A stretch of DNA of 64,000 bases from Parasitella parasitica NRRL 2501 (lineage: Eukaryota > Fungi > Mucoromycota). The translations under genes were made by a program, and so were the position numbers. The stretch is taken from assembly GCA_025201805.1 (NCBI GenBank), contig MU619276.1, positions 7,512-71,511 on the forward strand, written 5' to 3'. How positions within the stretch are numbered: position 1 is the first letter of the stretch; every line of letters begins with the position of its first letter. The notes below the pieces were generated by a model, which was not told the DNA's origin, did not search any database, and saw nothing but the letters and a program-made list of their open reading frames with translations. This document shows, piece after piece, positions 12,878-24,717 of the stretch.

Positions 12878-14466
12878 TTAATTATTAAATTTATCAATAG
12901 ATTGCACCTGCGTTCCTTCCTTTTTCAATTGACGTTCAAGTAATTCGTCCCCTAATTTTTTGCGTTCTTCTTCAGAAGTTATTGCTACTCCTACTCCAAC
13001 ATCACCCCCTTCTTTTTCGTCGTTTTCCTGCTGCCTTTGTAATTCCAATTCCTCATTCCACTCAGGCTTTCTCATGAATTGTCTAAATGTATCTGCGATC
13101 ATAAGAGCATCTGTCGATGATAAAATACTGCTTGATTGATGAGCATCACTATTTAGACCTAGCATCTGTGGTTTTTCCGATGTAAATGAAGCTTCATCTT
13201 GACGAAGGGAACGTGGCATTGAAGGCCATACTTGTTGTGTCGAAGAATGGATAGATGAAATATCACCTGATCGAGATTTACTATCAGCGGCAGCAGCCAT
13301 ATCTGCTGTGCCCCTACTGGCACCAGTAGCAGCAATGTGTGTAGAGGAAGACATCGCTATGTTAGATTCATTCTTGGTAGGTGATAAAATGAGTATTTTT
13401 TCATCTTCTCCTCCAGCGCCGTTTGGACTGAGCGCCATCATACTTCTTCGATTTATGTTGCGTTTTTTGTACTTTCTAAAAGCCCAAATCAATGCAGCGA
13501 AAGCAGCGATGAATAATAAAGATGCAATTACAATGACCGCAATGGCCCATCCTGGTAATTTTTTACCGCTGTTGCCAGAATTCGTAGTATTTTGAGATGA
13601 CGAATCTGCAAATGTCGGGCTGGAACTTGCAGTTGTTGATGATGTTGTTGCAATTGTGTTACGAGAAATTTCTTTTAGTAGGAGATTGTTTGATTAAAAT
13701 AAATTTATATGACTACACGTTACCACAAAGACAACTTACGGTTTAGGGTAAAGATTTGAGGTACAGGAAAAAAGTTGTGCTGCGTGGGTATCAATGCAAG
13801 ATCAGTTTGAATGTCAAAATCAGCTCCAACAATATAAAAATACATGACCCAGGAGATGTTTGGGGAATTATCTCTGATTTGGGATGGGTACCAGGTATCA
13901 TCGATGTGTTGTACAAGGACACCTTTGGTTCTTTCTTGGCCAGGCCAACTTTTGATGACACTATAATTACCCGCAGTAGGCTGATGAAGTAAATATAAAT
14001 CGAGCGTCTCCTACAATGATATATCTGCTGTCAGAATCCTCGCTTTAATGCAATGCAATTTAACATACGTACGTATGGAAGTAAGGTTGGGTTACTGGAC
14101 ATAATGAAATTTTGACAATAAACAAAGAAAATAAGTATAATGATAACATGACACTCTAAACAACAAGATATTTACTTCCACTTCCATGTTATTTCTTGAT
14201 CAGTATCGTTCATCCATATCGAATCATGTGTTGGCGAGCAAATAGATATTGTATTGTTTTCATTTCCACAAGATCTCGAAGCAACGGCTGAATTATACAG
14301 AAATATTTCAGAATATTAGTCTTTTTCTCGACTCAACTCGACTCGACTCGACTAGTCTTCTTTTTTTTTTTNNNNNNNNNNCTTGTCTTTTGGATATATT
14401 AAAAGCAATAGTATTATTTATTAATAGCAAAAAACATGTACAAGAATATATTAGTTGAAAAAACAT
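12878..14466 (-). CDS. Type I single-pass membrane protein (signal peptide, KR site, beta-rich ectodomain, S/T stalk, TM, cytoplasmic tail)
   Basis: Spliced model MFFQLIYSCTCFLLLINNTIAFNISKRQ|AVASRSC..ICSPTHDSIWMNDTDQEITWKW...LPGWAIAVIVIASLLFIIAAFAALIWAFRKYKKR. The first intron contains an N-gap. Confidence 0.7.
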
Positions 14467-14604
14467 CTATAAGTGAAATATTATGTATAGGAAATAATGG
14501 AAATTACAAAAAGAGAAGAAATGGAAAAAAAAAAAATAAAATAAAAAAAATAAAAAGAAAAAATACGCTGCTCGACGCTTTTGAGGAGAAAGAAGAATAC
14601 CGGA

Positions 14605-16029
14605 TTTTGAATAGTGACATTTATTTCAATTTAGTGATTTTACTAATTTAATAGATTTCTTTGGAGGCAAGGCAATCAGAAAAAAAAAAGCTGGTGCTGT
14701 GCCTTATTCAATCCTCGCAAAAATCTCTGGTGATTTCTCTACTGCAATCTCCAATATGCTGCAGAAATTCATTGCTGCTCAAGCCAGGCTTTCTTTTTTG
14801 TCAAAGTTTTGAGCTTTGAGAAGCTTTCTTCGATCAGGTTCGAAAAAGGCGAGTATGGAGGCAAGAAGTGTACTTTATGCTTTGTAGTCTCGATGTACTT
14901 TTTGATTTCACGGGGAAGTATGGATCCCAGCATTATCCGTAATGAAATAATGCGATGCAGCATTACTATCATTGAGTCTTTTGATCAATGGTTTCAGAAA
15001 ATCGATAAAAAAATGCTGAAGTCGTACCTCCTTTTACAATTTTAGCGGAAACATCTTCAACACCTTTGTTCGAGATTACCGAGATGATAGTAACATTCAG
15101 CCCTCTCTTCATCTTGGTAGTTATCGTAGCGTTTTCACCTTTGCGAGGCCATCCTTACTGGCGGATTAAAACCTGATTTATCTACAAAATTACAATTAAT
15201 TTTATAGGATATCCCTTGGTTTTGCAAGGATTCAACAAAAGTCTTTCTTGAGGCAATGGTAATCGGATCATTCCTTTTTTTCAATGGGCTTTGATCTCTT
15301 TAACGCAAATCAGATGTGTTTTGTGATATGGCGAAAAATGCCAGAAAAAGAGATGCCTTTCTCACGGATATCATCAAACTTCTCATTTAACTTTTCCCGC
15401 ATCATTCCAAGAGTTAGAGCACAGTTTTCATCCAAAAGTTCAATCAGATATTCTGATAGAACTTCATTGATCTTGCTAGCTTCAGTCTATCTACCGCCTC
15501 TTGCCTTTGGCGCAACCTCATACGTGTTCACCCAGTAATCCAGTAATCCATGATGCTAACAACTGTTGATCTTGGCAAGCCAAATAGTCTAGCAGATGCA
15601 GAGACACTCATGTCTCCGTCCCTGATTGTCAAATCAATTATTCTCTCGTGAGTCTCTAAGAATTTTTTCTGTTCTATTTGTTACTTCTTCCTCTGGTAGT
15701 CTTGTTGTTAGTAGCAGTGCTGCTTTGTCTACCTGGGTTCATGTTTAAGTTTGTTAGAAATGTTTTAGAGGATAGGTAAACCAATAGCTATTATAATTTG
15801 ATTAAAAGAAAAGAAAATATTTTTATTTGATTTGGATTGTATTCTTTTTAAGCATTTATATCATATCATTAAAGTATAGCTTTGGTCATATAAAAGTAAT
15901 CAACATTTGTTAGTATAAAAAACTTAAGCAATGATGAATACATGTCATTTTTTTAGATTGATAAAAGTAAAATCACTAAATTGAAATTGTAAAGTACTTA
16001 GTGTCACATTTTGATTTCAAAAATAGGTA
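14605..16029 (-). mobile_element. Degenerate IS630/Tc1/mariner DNA transposon (DDE_3 transposase relic)
   Basis: HKVHFLPPYSPFSNLIEESFSKLK is the Tc1/IS630 LPPYSP..N.IE motif, broken by frameshifts and stops. A 22-bp inverted repeat pairs 14623-14644 with 15966-15987. The right end terminates ...aaaataggTA. Confidence 0.85.
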
Positions 16030-16155
16030 CCTGGTCCTTTGATCAGTACACCAATATCATGGTATACAAATCAAAATGTAATGAGTTTCAATACAGTACA
16101 AAAATATACTCACAGATTTTTTTTTGAAACTCTTTTTCCAGTTACCTTAAACTAA

Positions 16156-17865
16156 ATGGAGGACTATTTAGAGCATCATAAATTAGTCTTGGAAGATTCA
16201 AAGGACCCAATTCGAAGTCGTTTCGTCAAGGCAAGTACAAAACTGCCAAAAGGCATTGAAATCATCACTTCGCAACCTCTGGGCACAGTTGCTTTGCCTC
16301 AAACTTTAAACGAGTTCTGTAACTACTGCTTCAGAAAACAAACATCTCCCCCACTTCAAAGATGTTCCCAATGCAAAAAGGCTTATTTTTGCGACATGGG
16401 TTGCTTTAAAAATGCCTGGCTAAGCTACCATCAGTATGTGTGCAAAGCAGATACAACTAATCGCGACGCTGAAGATGACATGGATCTGGAAATGCTGGAG
16501 AGAGTCGCCCTCAATGTTGCAAGATACAAAAAGAGACAAGAAGCAAATCTTCAGCCTCAACCATGTGAAGCATCAGCAGAAGGAGATGGGTCGGAAGAAT
16601 CTGTTGAAATCACTATGCAGGCATTTTTCAGCTTGGTCGGCCATGACGACTTGCAACAGCTCCATGTTAAAGAAAAGCACACATTATTGGCTTCGGAAGC
16701 CCTCAAGAAGCCCTTCATTCAGCAAACAGGCTTGACATTGGAAGAACTTGTACATTACCTCAACGTATTCAAATCAAACAACTTTTCTATCAATGATGCA
16801 GACATGTTTGCCATTGGTGAAGGCACTTATCCTATTGCTGCCTTGTTCAACCATTCTTGTAGACCGAATGCGGTTGTCATGTTTGAAGGCGCTCTTGCTT
16901 CTATTCATGCCATTGAAGACATTGAGCCGGATACGGAGATCACCATATCTTACGTAGATGCTGCTCATTCCAGACAATATCGCCAAAACTCGTTGCAGGA
17001 GAAATACTTCTTCCAGTGTGCATGTGAACGATGTTGCGCCTGTGATGCTCGCCCTTACTTGAGTTTGATTGATACGTTGCTGGGCGATGAAAAATCAGAT
17101 TGGGATCGCGCGCAGCAATTGTTGGATCAGCATCAAAATACGAATATTTCGGACAAAAGAGCTCGAATTTTACAAGAAGTTGAGGAATGGGATTTGCTGG
17201 AAATGTGTAAAGAGTACGATAGAAAAAGTGATGGCTGTCCTGATCCCGCAATGCCTCTCGATTTGGGAAACTACACCCATTACTTTATTCAGTTCTTTGC
17301 ACCTTATTTGTTAACTTGGAATCAGCCTGAACTGCATCAACAACAAGTTGGACAAACGCTAAAGACTTCCCTGATTGATTTTGACGATCCATTACCCGAA
17401 TTTGCCAGACCTCCAGTGCAGTCAACCTACGATGAAATCATGAAGACAGCAATCGACAAAATGCTGTCTTACCCTACCAAAAATGACACCATCATTCCTT
17501 ACCGTCTTGATACGCTGTCTGTCTGCAGCCGTCTGTTCTACGATGAAATGGCCGAGGGACACTGGCAAAATGCTGTCAAACTAGGCATGTACGTACTGAT
17601 CCAATATTGTTTAATCTATCCCCCGTATCACCCCATGCTGGCACAGCATTTCTTGGTCCTTGCAAAGGCATGCTGGAATTCCATTATCCAGAGTGAGCTT
17701 ATTGGAGATAATGTGCGATTAGAAAAGGTCTACGAGAGAGGAGTTAGGAGATGGATCATGTCTTCCAAAGAAGCCGTAGCTGTTGCTTTTGGGAAACATG
17801 GAAAGTTATGGAGAGAAACGCTAGAGTTAGAATGGATCTTTTTGAGAGAACAAAAACTGAAATAG
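16156..17865 (+). CDS. SET and MYND domain lysine methyltransferase (SMYD-like), single exon
   Basis: MYND finger CNYC..RCSQCKKAYFCDMGC..HQYVC, SET motif FNHSCRPNA, EITISY, post-SET YFFQCACERC, helical TPR-like C-terminus with YHP motif. Confidence 0.93.
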   Translation: MEDYLEHHKLVLEDSKDPIRSRFVKASTKLPKGIEIITSQPLGTVALPQTLNEFCNYCFRKQTSPPLQRCSQCKKAYFCDMGCFKNAWLSYHQYVCKADTTNRDAEDDMDLEMLERVALNVARYKKRQEANLQPQPCEASAEGDGSEESVEITMQAFFSLVGHDDLQQLHVKEKHTLLASEALKKPFIQQTGLTLEELVHYLNVFKSNNFSINDADMFAIGEGTYPIAALFNHSCRPNAVVMFEGALASIHAIEDIEPDTEITISYVDAAHSRQYRQNSLQEKYFFQCACERCCACDARPYLSLIDTLLGDEKSDWDRAQQLLDQHQNTNISDKRARILQEVEEWDLLEMCKEYDRKSDGCPDPAMPLDLGNYTHYFIQFFAPYLLTWNQPELHQQQVGQTLKTSLIDFDDPLPEFARPPVQSTYDEIMKTAIDKMLSYPTKNDTIIPYRLDTLSVCSRLFYDEMAEGHWQNAVKLGMYVLIQYCLIYPPYHPMLAQHFLVLAKACWNSIIQSELIGDNVRLEKVYERGVRRWIMSSKEAVAVAFGKHGKLWRETLELEWIFLREQKLK

Positions 17866-17876
17866 CTATTTATTGT

Positions 17877-19546
17877 TTATCTATAAGAAAGGTCCTGTCT
17901 TGCACCGAAAAAGTAATATTTGATTTGAAACCCTATGCCAATACCTAAGCTAATGCACCACAAATAAATCAACATAAAGTAAAAGCTAGTTAGGCTGTCC
18001 AGTTGACTTTTTACAAATGAGCTGTCGTTCAAGTTGATGTGCTCTTGAATGGAGGCTTGCATAGCTGGTCCCAATATAATAGAGTCAAACTGCGGCACAT
18101 CTACTCTACTCAGATGTACGTTACTGTGTCCAGCCTAGATGCGACAATCAGACCGTTAGAATACGCGGCGAAATATCAAGTAATGCCAATACTTACAATC
18201 CATGTCAAGCCCTGCTCGATGCTCTCTATCTTGTTTAACAGCAAACACTGTATCACTTCCTTTGCTGGCTCCTCCAATGGTGTGCCGCCGAGCGCGCCTT
18301 GAATTAAATTGTGAATTTCATTGACCACGATGCCCAGTGTCTCGTTTACGGCAATAGCCGAGTTTCTTACAACTCCAAAGGCGTGAGTGTTCAAGTCTGA
18401 CTCTGCTTGGCCGATCCACGAGTTTATACTTTCAAATTGATGTGTAACTGCGCTGGTCCATTGTGCGGTTGCGTTTTTTGCCCATTCGTCTGTCTTGTTT
18501 GCAAATTCTGCGAATATGTCATGGCTCTTTGTTTCAACCAACCAAGCTAATCCATAGGTCATTATCAAACCAGCTGTGCCTACGACGAGACAATAAACCA
18601 CCATAGGATGGCTCATAAAATGGAGCAGCTGGTGCACCTTGTTCTTTCGTTTCTGCCACGATAGCATGGTTGTTGAAAGAGTCCAAATGTATCTGTCCAT
18701 TTCCTCTTGCTTGTCATGCGGCTTTTCGTCTACTGCCAGGTAAATAGAGCGTGCTCGTGCTATTTGGCGATTTCGGACTCGAATGGCCACCACATTGACA
18801 ATGGTGCACACGAGAACAAGGCCCAACAAAACACCAAGTACTATGTAGACGAAAAACTTGAGTCCATGCTCTACTACATCTATTGCTGTCATGAGTGGGT
18901 CTGGCTGACATGGCTGACTGCTGTTGGTGTGGGTCAAGTTTAGAGAGGGTGGGTGCCATGAATCAAACGTCGAGTTCAGCTGTCCCTGCAGCATACTGAA
19001 CGGTTTATCAATCCATTGTCTTATTATTGCGTCGTCGTTTTTGAAAAAGTCGTCAATTTGCATTTGCGTCTTGTTGAGTGATTGAGTCCAGTCCAGGGCT
19101 TGCCCAGAGCCGTCGTCGAGATGAAGGATGGAGGTGACACCCTCAGCGACCTTTTGAAGAGGTTTAGTAATCAGCATGACAATAGAGAGAACTGAGTGAA
19201 CGGCCAAGCTCAGTAGGCAGCGAAACGTTGATTTGTACATGCTAATCAGCCAAACCAAGATGCTTTCAAACACGTCGATGATTGTGGAGAGACTCCGATG
19301 GATATTATCCTTGGCCGTAAACACTGAATTAATGGATGCTTGTAGTAGAATTTGTGGCGCATTGAATATCTGCTCGGATTTTGTATTAATAGAATCACAA
19401 ACTGTTTCAATTCGGGATCTTGAGGCATTGATGTGGGTTGAGATAAAGTGCAGCACGGTAAGCAGGCTACCAATCAAGGTGAATAGGCTGATCGTGCTCA
19501 TTTGGAGCCAAGCAAGCGAATAATTTTCATTCACTGTTCGGATCAT
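17877..19546 (-). CDS. PRM1: Plasma membrane fusion protein Prm1-like (one intron ~18136-18195)
   Basis: N-terminal TM, conserved Cys pattern (ETVCDSIN; MYKSTFRCLL), central TM pair, C-terminal EVIQCLLLNKIESIEQGLTWI characteristic of Prm1. Confidence 0.8.
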
Positions 19547-20111
19547 GTAACTTGTTGAGTGATTTCTTGATAGTGTGATATATAAACTCGGTTAATTTTT
19601 AAAGGTTTTAATTGGTAGTTGCGCCGGTGGGATGACTTGAGTTTAAGCAACAACGCAGCGAAAAAAAGAGCATTAATCGATTTACAATGCTTTGCAGTCG
19701 ACCTGCATTTATATGTAAATAGAAAACCTGCCATAATGAGCCATCATCATTTGTGTACATAATAGGCCCTGGCTCATTGAAAGGATAATGAAATTATGCG
19801 AACCTAAACAATTAATTAAATAACAAATAGCCTTGAATTGATTTACCAAAGGAAAAAAAAAAAAAAAAAAATGCATTCGGCGGCTCTCAGACTCTAAACA
19901 ATGTTGCATGTTTCGCCCGATTTATCTCAGCAGTAATTCCATGTTGTATAAATATTTTTTTGTTTATAGCTTCTTCTTTTCTCCCTCTTTTCTTTCTTTC
20001 TCTTAGTCTGCTAATACTCTACTGCTTTTAGCCTGGCTGCCCTTTTCACATTCCAAACCAAACTTTGCCCACAGAACTCTATCCAATTGGCTGCTAGCTC
20101 ATCTTTAAATC

Positions 20112-22144
20112 ATGCTGAACGAAGATTTTGTACAAACTCGAAAAAGCAACAGTCAAAAACCTTCACCTGATCCGGTTTTAATGCAGCAACATGCAGAGCA
20201 AAACACAAAGAGCAGCAACAATAACAAGAATACAAATTCAGACAACAATGAATTCAGTTATCCAAATTCACCACAGCCAACACAAATTACACAGCAACCC
20301 CAAATGACGCATTTTGAAAACGACTCATCATACCATGCCACCATATCGCACTCAACAAAGAGACGCACAAGACGAGCGCTCATGTCCTCGGTATCCTGTC
20401 CACCTCCTCCTCAGAATAGACTGGCTTTTATCAATGCCGTGAAAATGGCGTGGACGCTTCAGATCAAGAAAGGAAAACAAAGGTCTTGTAATATAGCAAA
20501 GAAGCACAAATCCAACAACAAACATTCTCATCGTCACCAGCAATCGCACAGCCAGCATCCCCGGCGCAGCCCGCACCAGCATGCACAGTATCCAACTGCC
20601 AGCATGAACAGTGGCAACATCAGCATCATAAAGAACAAACTAGACTTTCCTCCAATCACAGCCGAAGCATTAACTGAATTGTCAGTCTCGCATCTATTCA
20701 AAAGCCTTCAGATTCGACATGACCTGCTGATCGATCCTCATTTGACTTTTCGGCCCAACATGACAGCGGAAAAGAGCCATGAATCAGAAACATACTGGCA
20801 TCGCTTAGATTATCTGATTAAGTTTTGCGCCACTCAAAATGAGGAAAGCGACGATCACTACCAGCTCATTTTCCTGGTTCGAAATTTATTGACCGAGCTA
20901 TCGCTTATTTTAACCTCGTTGATCTCGCCGTTTCCTAGTCATCCGACCACCTCTTTTGTGTGGAACTGGCCTCAGCAAATTTCTGAGAGCTCCATCATGG
21001 CTGTCTTGGATCCGGATTTGGTGCATCAGCAGTTGACGCAAGGCTGTCTGAATGTTGACTTCAAGTTCAGCTTTTTGCATTCGATCCTTAGTCCATTGTG
21101 TCCCGGCCAAGCTGAGAAAATCCAAAGACTAGTAGACAGCCAAGAGTACGCTAGAGCACTTGAACTGTGCTTTCTAACGCTAGAAACTATCAAATTAGTA
21201 AGCAATCGCATACGAATTTAACAAATTATTGCTCATCATCTTATTCTTCGACAGGATTGTGCCAACAAGGCACTGCATTATTATCGTCCATACTTGATTG
21301 AAACCGGCACAAGTTTAGAGTGGAAAGTGTTTCTAAAGCAACTAGACAACCAAGAGGTAACCATTTCTTCGGTATCCGAGTGGCTGTCCTGTACGTGGGA
21401 AAGGCTTGGTCAAGATACGAAATTCATTACTGTATTTCGCACAGGTATACTAATAACGCTTTTACTCTTGAAAAAAAAAAAAAAAAAAATACATCAACTA
21501 ACGACCTGCATCTATGATTAGGCATATTGGATTTGGTGACAAACGACCAAGACACAATTGCAGCCCTACAGCACCCTGCATCCCCATTTCCCATTACGTT
21601 TTCCTATGATGAAAAGAGATTAACGCATCAAATGCGACACGAATTTCAAAATATCATTGTGATAGGTCTGTTGCTGATGCCCTACCGTCTGATGGCCGGC
21701 AAGAAAGCAAAACAATCTGATCTTGATCACCTGAAAACGACCTTTTCCAAATTACTGAAAGATGCCTCGATAGCAAGCGGCCGAGTTTCGTGTTTTCATC
21801 TGGCACTGTATGCATGTAACATTGCCAAACAGTTGGAGCCTGACAATACGACCAAAGACAATGTCATTGACCAGGCTAAATACTGGTCAAACTGGATGAA
21901 TCAAAACTTGCGAAATACATCACCGGTGTATCAGATTATGTATCATCGCGTTAGATCTATGATATTGGATGCAATGGCTCAAGGGAGCTTTGACAATGTT
22001 GCAAGCCAACATGCCACAATGGGTTTGGAATATGAAATCTCAAAGTTGGGCCAGAAATTGATTTTGATAGCTGATTACAATCTGCGTACATTTGGGTCAT
22101 TGTATACGTATTTGCTGCCAAGCATTCACCATAAAAATCAATAG
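20112..22144 (+). CDS. T-complex protein 11 (TCP11/Sok1-like) protein; 3 exons
   Basis: LTELSVSHLFKSLQIRHDLLIDPHLTFRP, VLDPDLVHQQL, KL|DCANKALHYYRPYL, FPITFSYDEKRL, YNLRTFGSLY match Tcp11-family blocks. Confidence 0.82.
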
Positions 22145-22171
22145 AATAAACCCCTCGGTTTTGTAGGAAAT

Positions 22172-22208
<37 letters not shown>

Positions 22209-22213
<5 letters not shown>

Positions 22214-22569
22214 CGTCCTTTTTTTTTTTTTCCTCTTGCTTTTTTACGTGATCTAATTCCGCAATAAACCTAAAATCAGACACAATGAGTAAACGGCAAT
22301 CCTTAGTCTCCTTTTTCCTCTCACCATTTGATAGTAACAAAGAGACACAGTGCTAGTAACAATAATGCAACTACATGTAGGTTACCGCCAGTCATGAAAA
22401 TCATGAGCAATAGTGTTGCGAAAAGTGCGTAAAAGGCGTAAAACATGATTTGAATAACACCAGAAGCTGTATATCCTGGGGTCATGATAGATTTAACAAT
22501 ATCATCTGCAAACCCATCTGCTTTTATTTCAAATGACGGTTCTTCTTTTTGCTTGGTATCAGTTGACAT
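22209..22569 (-). CDS. PKR1: ER V-ATPase assembly factor Pkr1 (3' end uncertain, runs into poly-A)
   Basis: DDIVKSIMTPG...two TM helices...GNLHVVALL...TIKW|FIAEL, the typical Pkr1 signature. Confidence 0.8.
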
Positions 22570-22651
22570 TTTTTTTTTATATAGCAAAACAAAAAGTAAA
22601 AAGAATTTTATGAGAGCGCGGGTTGGGAGTTTTTTTTTTTTTTCAACATGT

Positions 22652-22981
22652 ATGATCCAGTTACGGCTTTCGCCATCAAAGTTGATATGCCGTGAAAGTT
22701 TATTTCGTTGCCTTAGATTTCGGCAACCCCACCAACTAATAACAGCATACCTTGGAGGAAATCACAACAGACGTATTTATGCCCTTGTTAATGATATTGA
22801 AACGAATTTTATCCGGAACACGGATAGAATTCGTTTGAATATAGAAAGGATGGGACCTCACGAGAGAAGACGTCGACAAAGAGAAATGGCGCTGAAGCGA
22901 TCAACGTCGCGATTCTTGAGTATACGGTTGTGGAGTTGCCCAACCACAGTGGCATTCCCAAATTTGCTGATACCAGGATAG
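22652..22981 (+). CDS. Possible orphan basic small protein
   Basis: Open 109-codon frame divergent from PKR1. No recognisable motif and no consistent splice model. Confidence 0.25.
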   Translation: MIQLRLSPSKLICRESLFRCLRFRQPHQLITAYLGGNHNRRIYALVNDIETNFIRNTDRIRLNIERMGPHERRRRQREMALKRSTSRFLSIRLWSCPTTVAFPNLLIPG

Positions 22982-23334
22982 ACGGCTGTATAGCCAACAT
23001 TTTATCTGTTGTAAATACTTTTTAAAACTTGACAAGAACATACACTTGAATGAAGATCAAGCCCGGCAGTTAGAAACCGCTTCAAACGTGTATTTCCTGG
23101 CACGTTACTAGCTTGGATGAGATAGAACCAACGTCATTTGGAAAGCCTTGGTGAGGTTCGGGATATGTCAAAAAGTAAACCAGTGATTGATGGGCTTGTA
23201 AGAAATAGTTGCTGACATGAGCTGTTTGCACAACTGATAGCTTTTATTTGGTAGAATGTACAGTGGTACCGATACCGTATAAAGATCACCTCGTTCTGTC
23301 ATTGATGGTTTTACATTGGTGATGGTAAAATAAA

Positions 23335-24473
23335 CTATTTTCTATTATTCTTTTTATGTTTGCTAGTTGTAGTTCCATTCCCCTTTGCATGTTTATCCTT
23401 GATGTAGCCACAGTCGTTCAAAGCCGTCCGTGCCACATTATTGATATCTTTAAATCTGTCTGGCCCTAAATGTATGCCTCCAAACCATCTTGTTACAACT
23501 ACCACAACGTTTTCAACTTCCAAAATCTGCATTAAATGCGAAAGACGGCCTAAAAAAAATTTTTTTTTTTTTGTAAGGTTGCATGCCAAATTTTCATTCA
23601 CAAAAAAAAAATGAAAGCATTACCTCCAGCAGCCGATTCGCCATCATCATCATTATCTTGAAGCACTTTTCCATCAGGCATCGTGATTCGGTAAGCCAGA
23701 ATGTTATGTGTAGCCTTGGCAATTTTCTTGTTTTGTAATAAATGCGAAACTACGACTTTAACCTCATGCACATTATGTACTGTAGCAACATGGGCAACAA
23801 ATGAGGATTTTCGATCTAATAAAGCCTCGCTTGTGAATATAGAAGGTGGCGTTTCTGTGTGGTATTTGTTGGGCATCATCAACGATCTGACGGTAGGCCT
23901 ATCGTGCGCTTCATCTTGGTCGTCATCTTGTTGATTGCCACCCAAAAGCTTTTTATAAACACAATCCTCGGGATTGTAATCAAACAACTTGTCCTCAGTC
24001 CCACTCTCGTTTTCATCCTTTTGAGTATTGACATCAAGTTGCTGCATCGACTGCGTCAATTCTTCTGTATCATCCTGCTCTTCATTTACTTGCTTCTCAA
24101 CCCGCTGCTCCAAGTAATCTCGAAGCCAACTGATCCATTCAAATAAAACAACCTCGGTTGGATGAAATAGGGACCGAAAGCCGCCGTCAATCTCATCCAG
24201 CATGCTCTCGTCTATTTTTTTAATGCCACAGTAGATGGATGACAGCTCATAGACAGGCATATCTTGGTTTGGATAAGTAGGCGGCAAGAAGAACCGCAAT
24301 ACGACTTTGCGAGGCGATCGTAGGTTGGGTTCCTCTTGATCGAGATCCAATGTATATTTGAACGCGTTGGCTGATCCAGTGTCTCTTTCAAATGCCTCGG
24401 GGAAAATAGCCTCTAAGGCTGTCAATTCTTCATTCTGGAGTTCTCTGTTTTCTAATTCTTGCTCCTCGTTCAT
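23335..24473 (-). CDS. YIH1: IMPACT/Yih1 family protein (RWD + UPF0029 ancient domain)
   Basis: EELTALEAIF, LPPTYP (RWD), then DRKSSFVAH, KATHNILAYRI, DNDDDGESAAG|GRL, VVTRWFGGIHLGPDRFK. Confidence 0.93.
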
Positions 24474-24717
24474 TTTACAAGTTAAGTATATAAAACATTT
24501 ACACAAACGGGAAAATAAGAATCACGACTCGGAAAGTCAAATTTTAGTATTTTTTTATTTTATTTTCTGCGGTTTTGAATTATGGTACATTTGAAAGAGG
24601 GAATTTACAGCTATGAAATAGTATTAAGTAATAGAAAAGTGTATATAATGCTTGAGATATTACAGTACAATAAAAGTTGGGGAGAGGGGGAGGGGAGGGG
24701 GTGTACAATAGAAAAAC

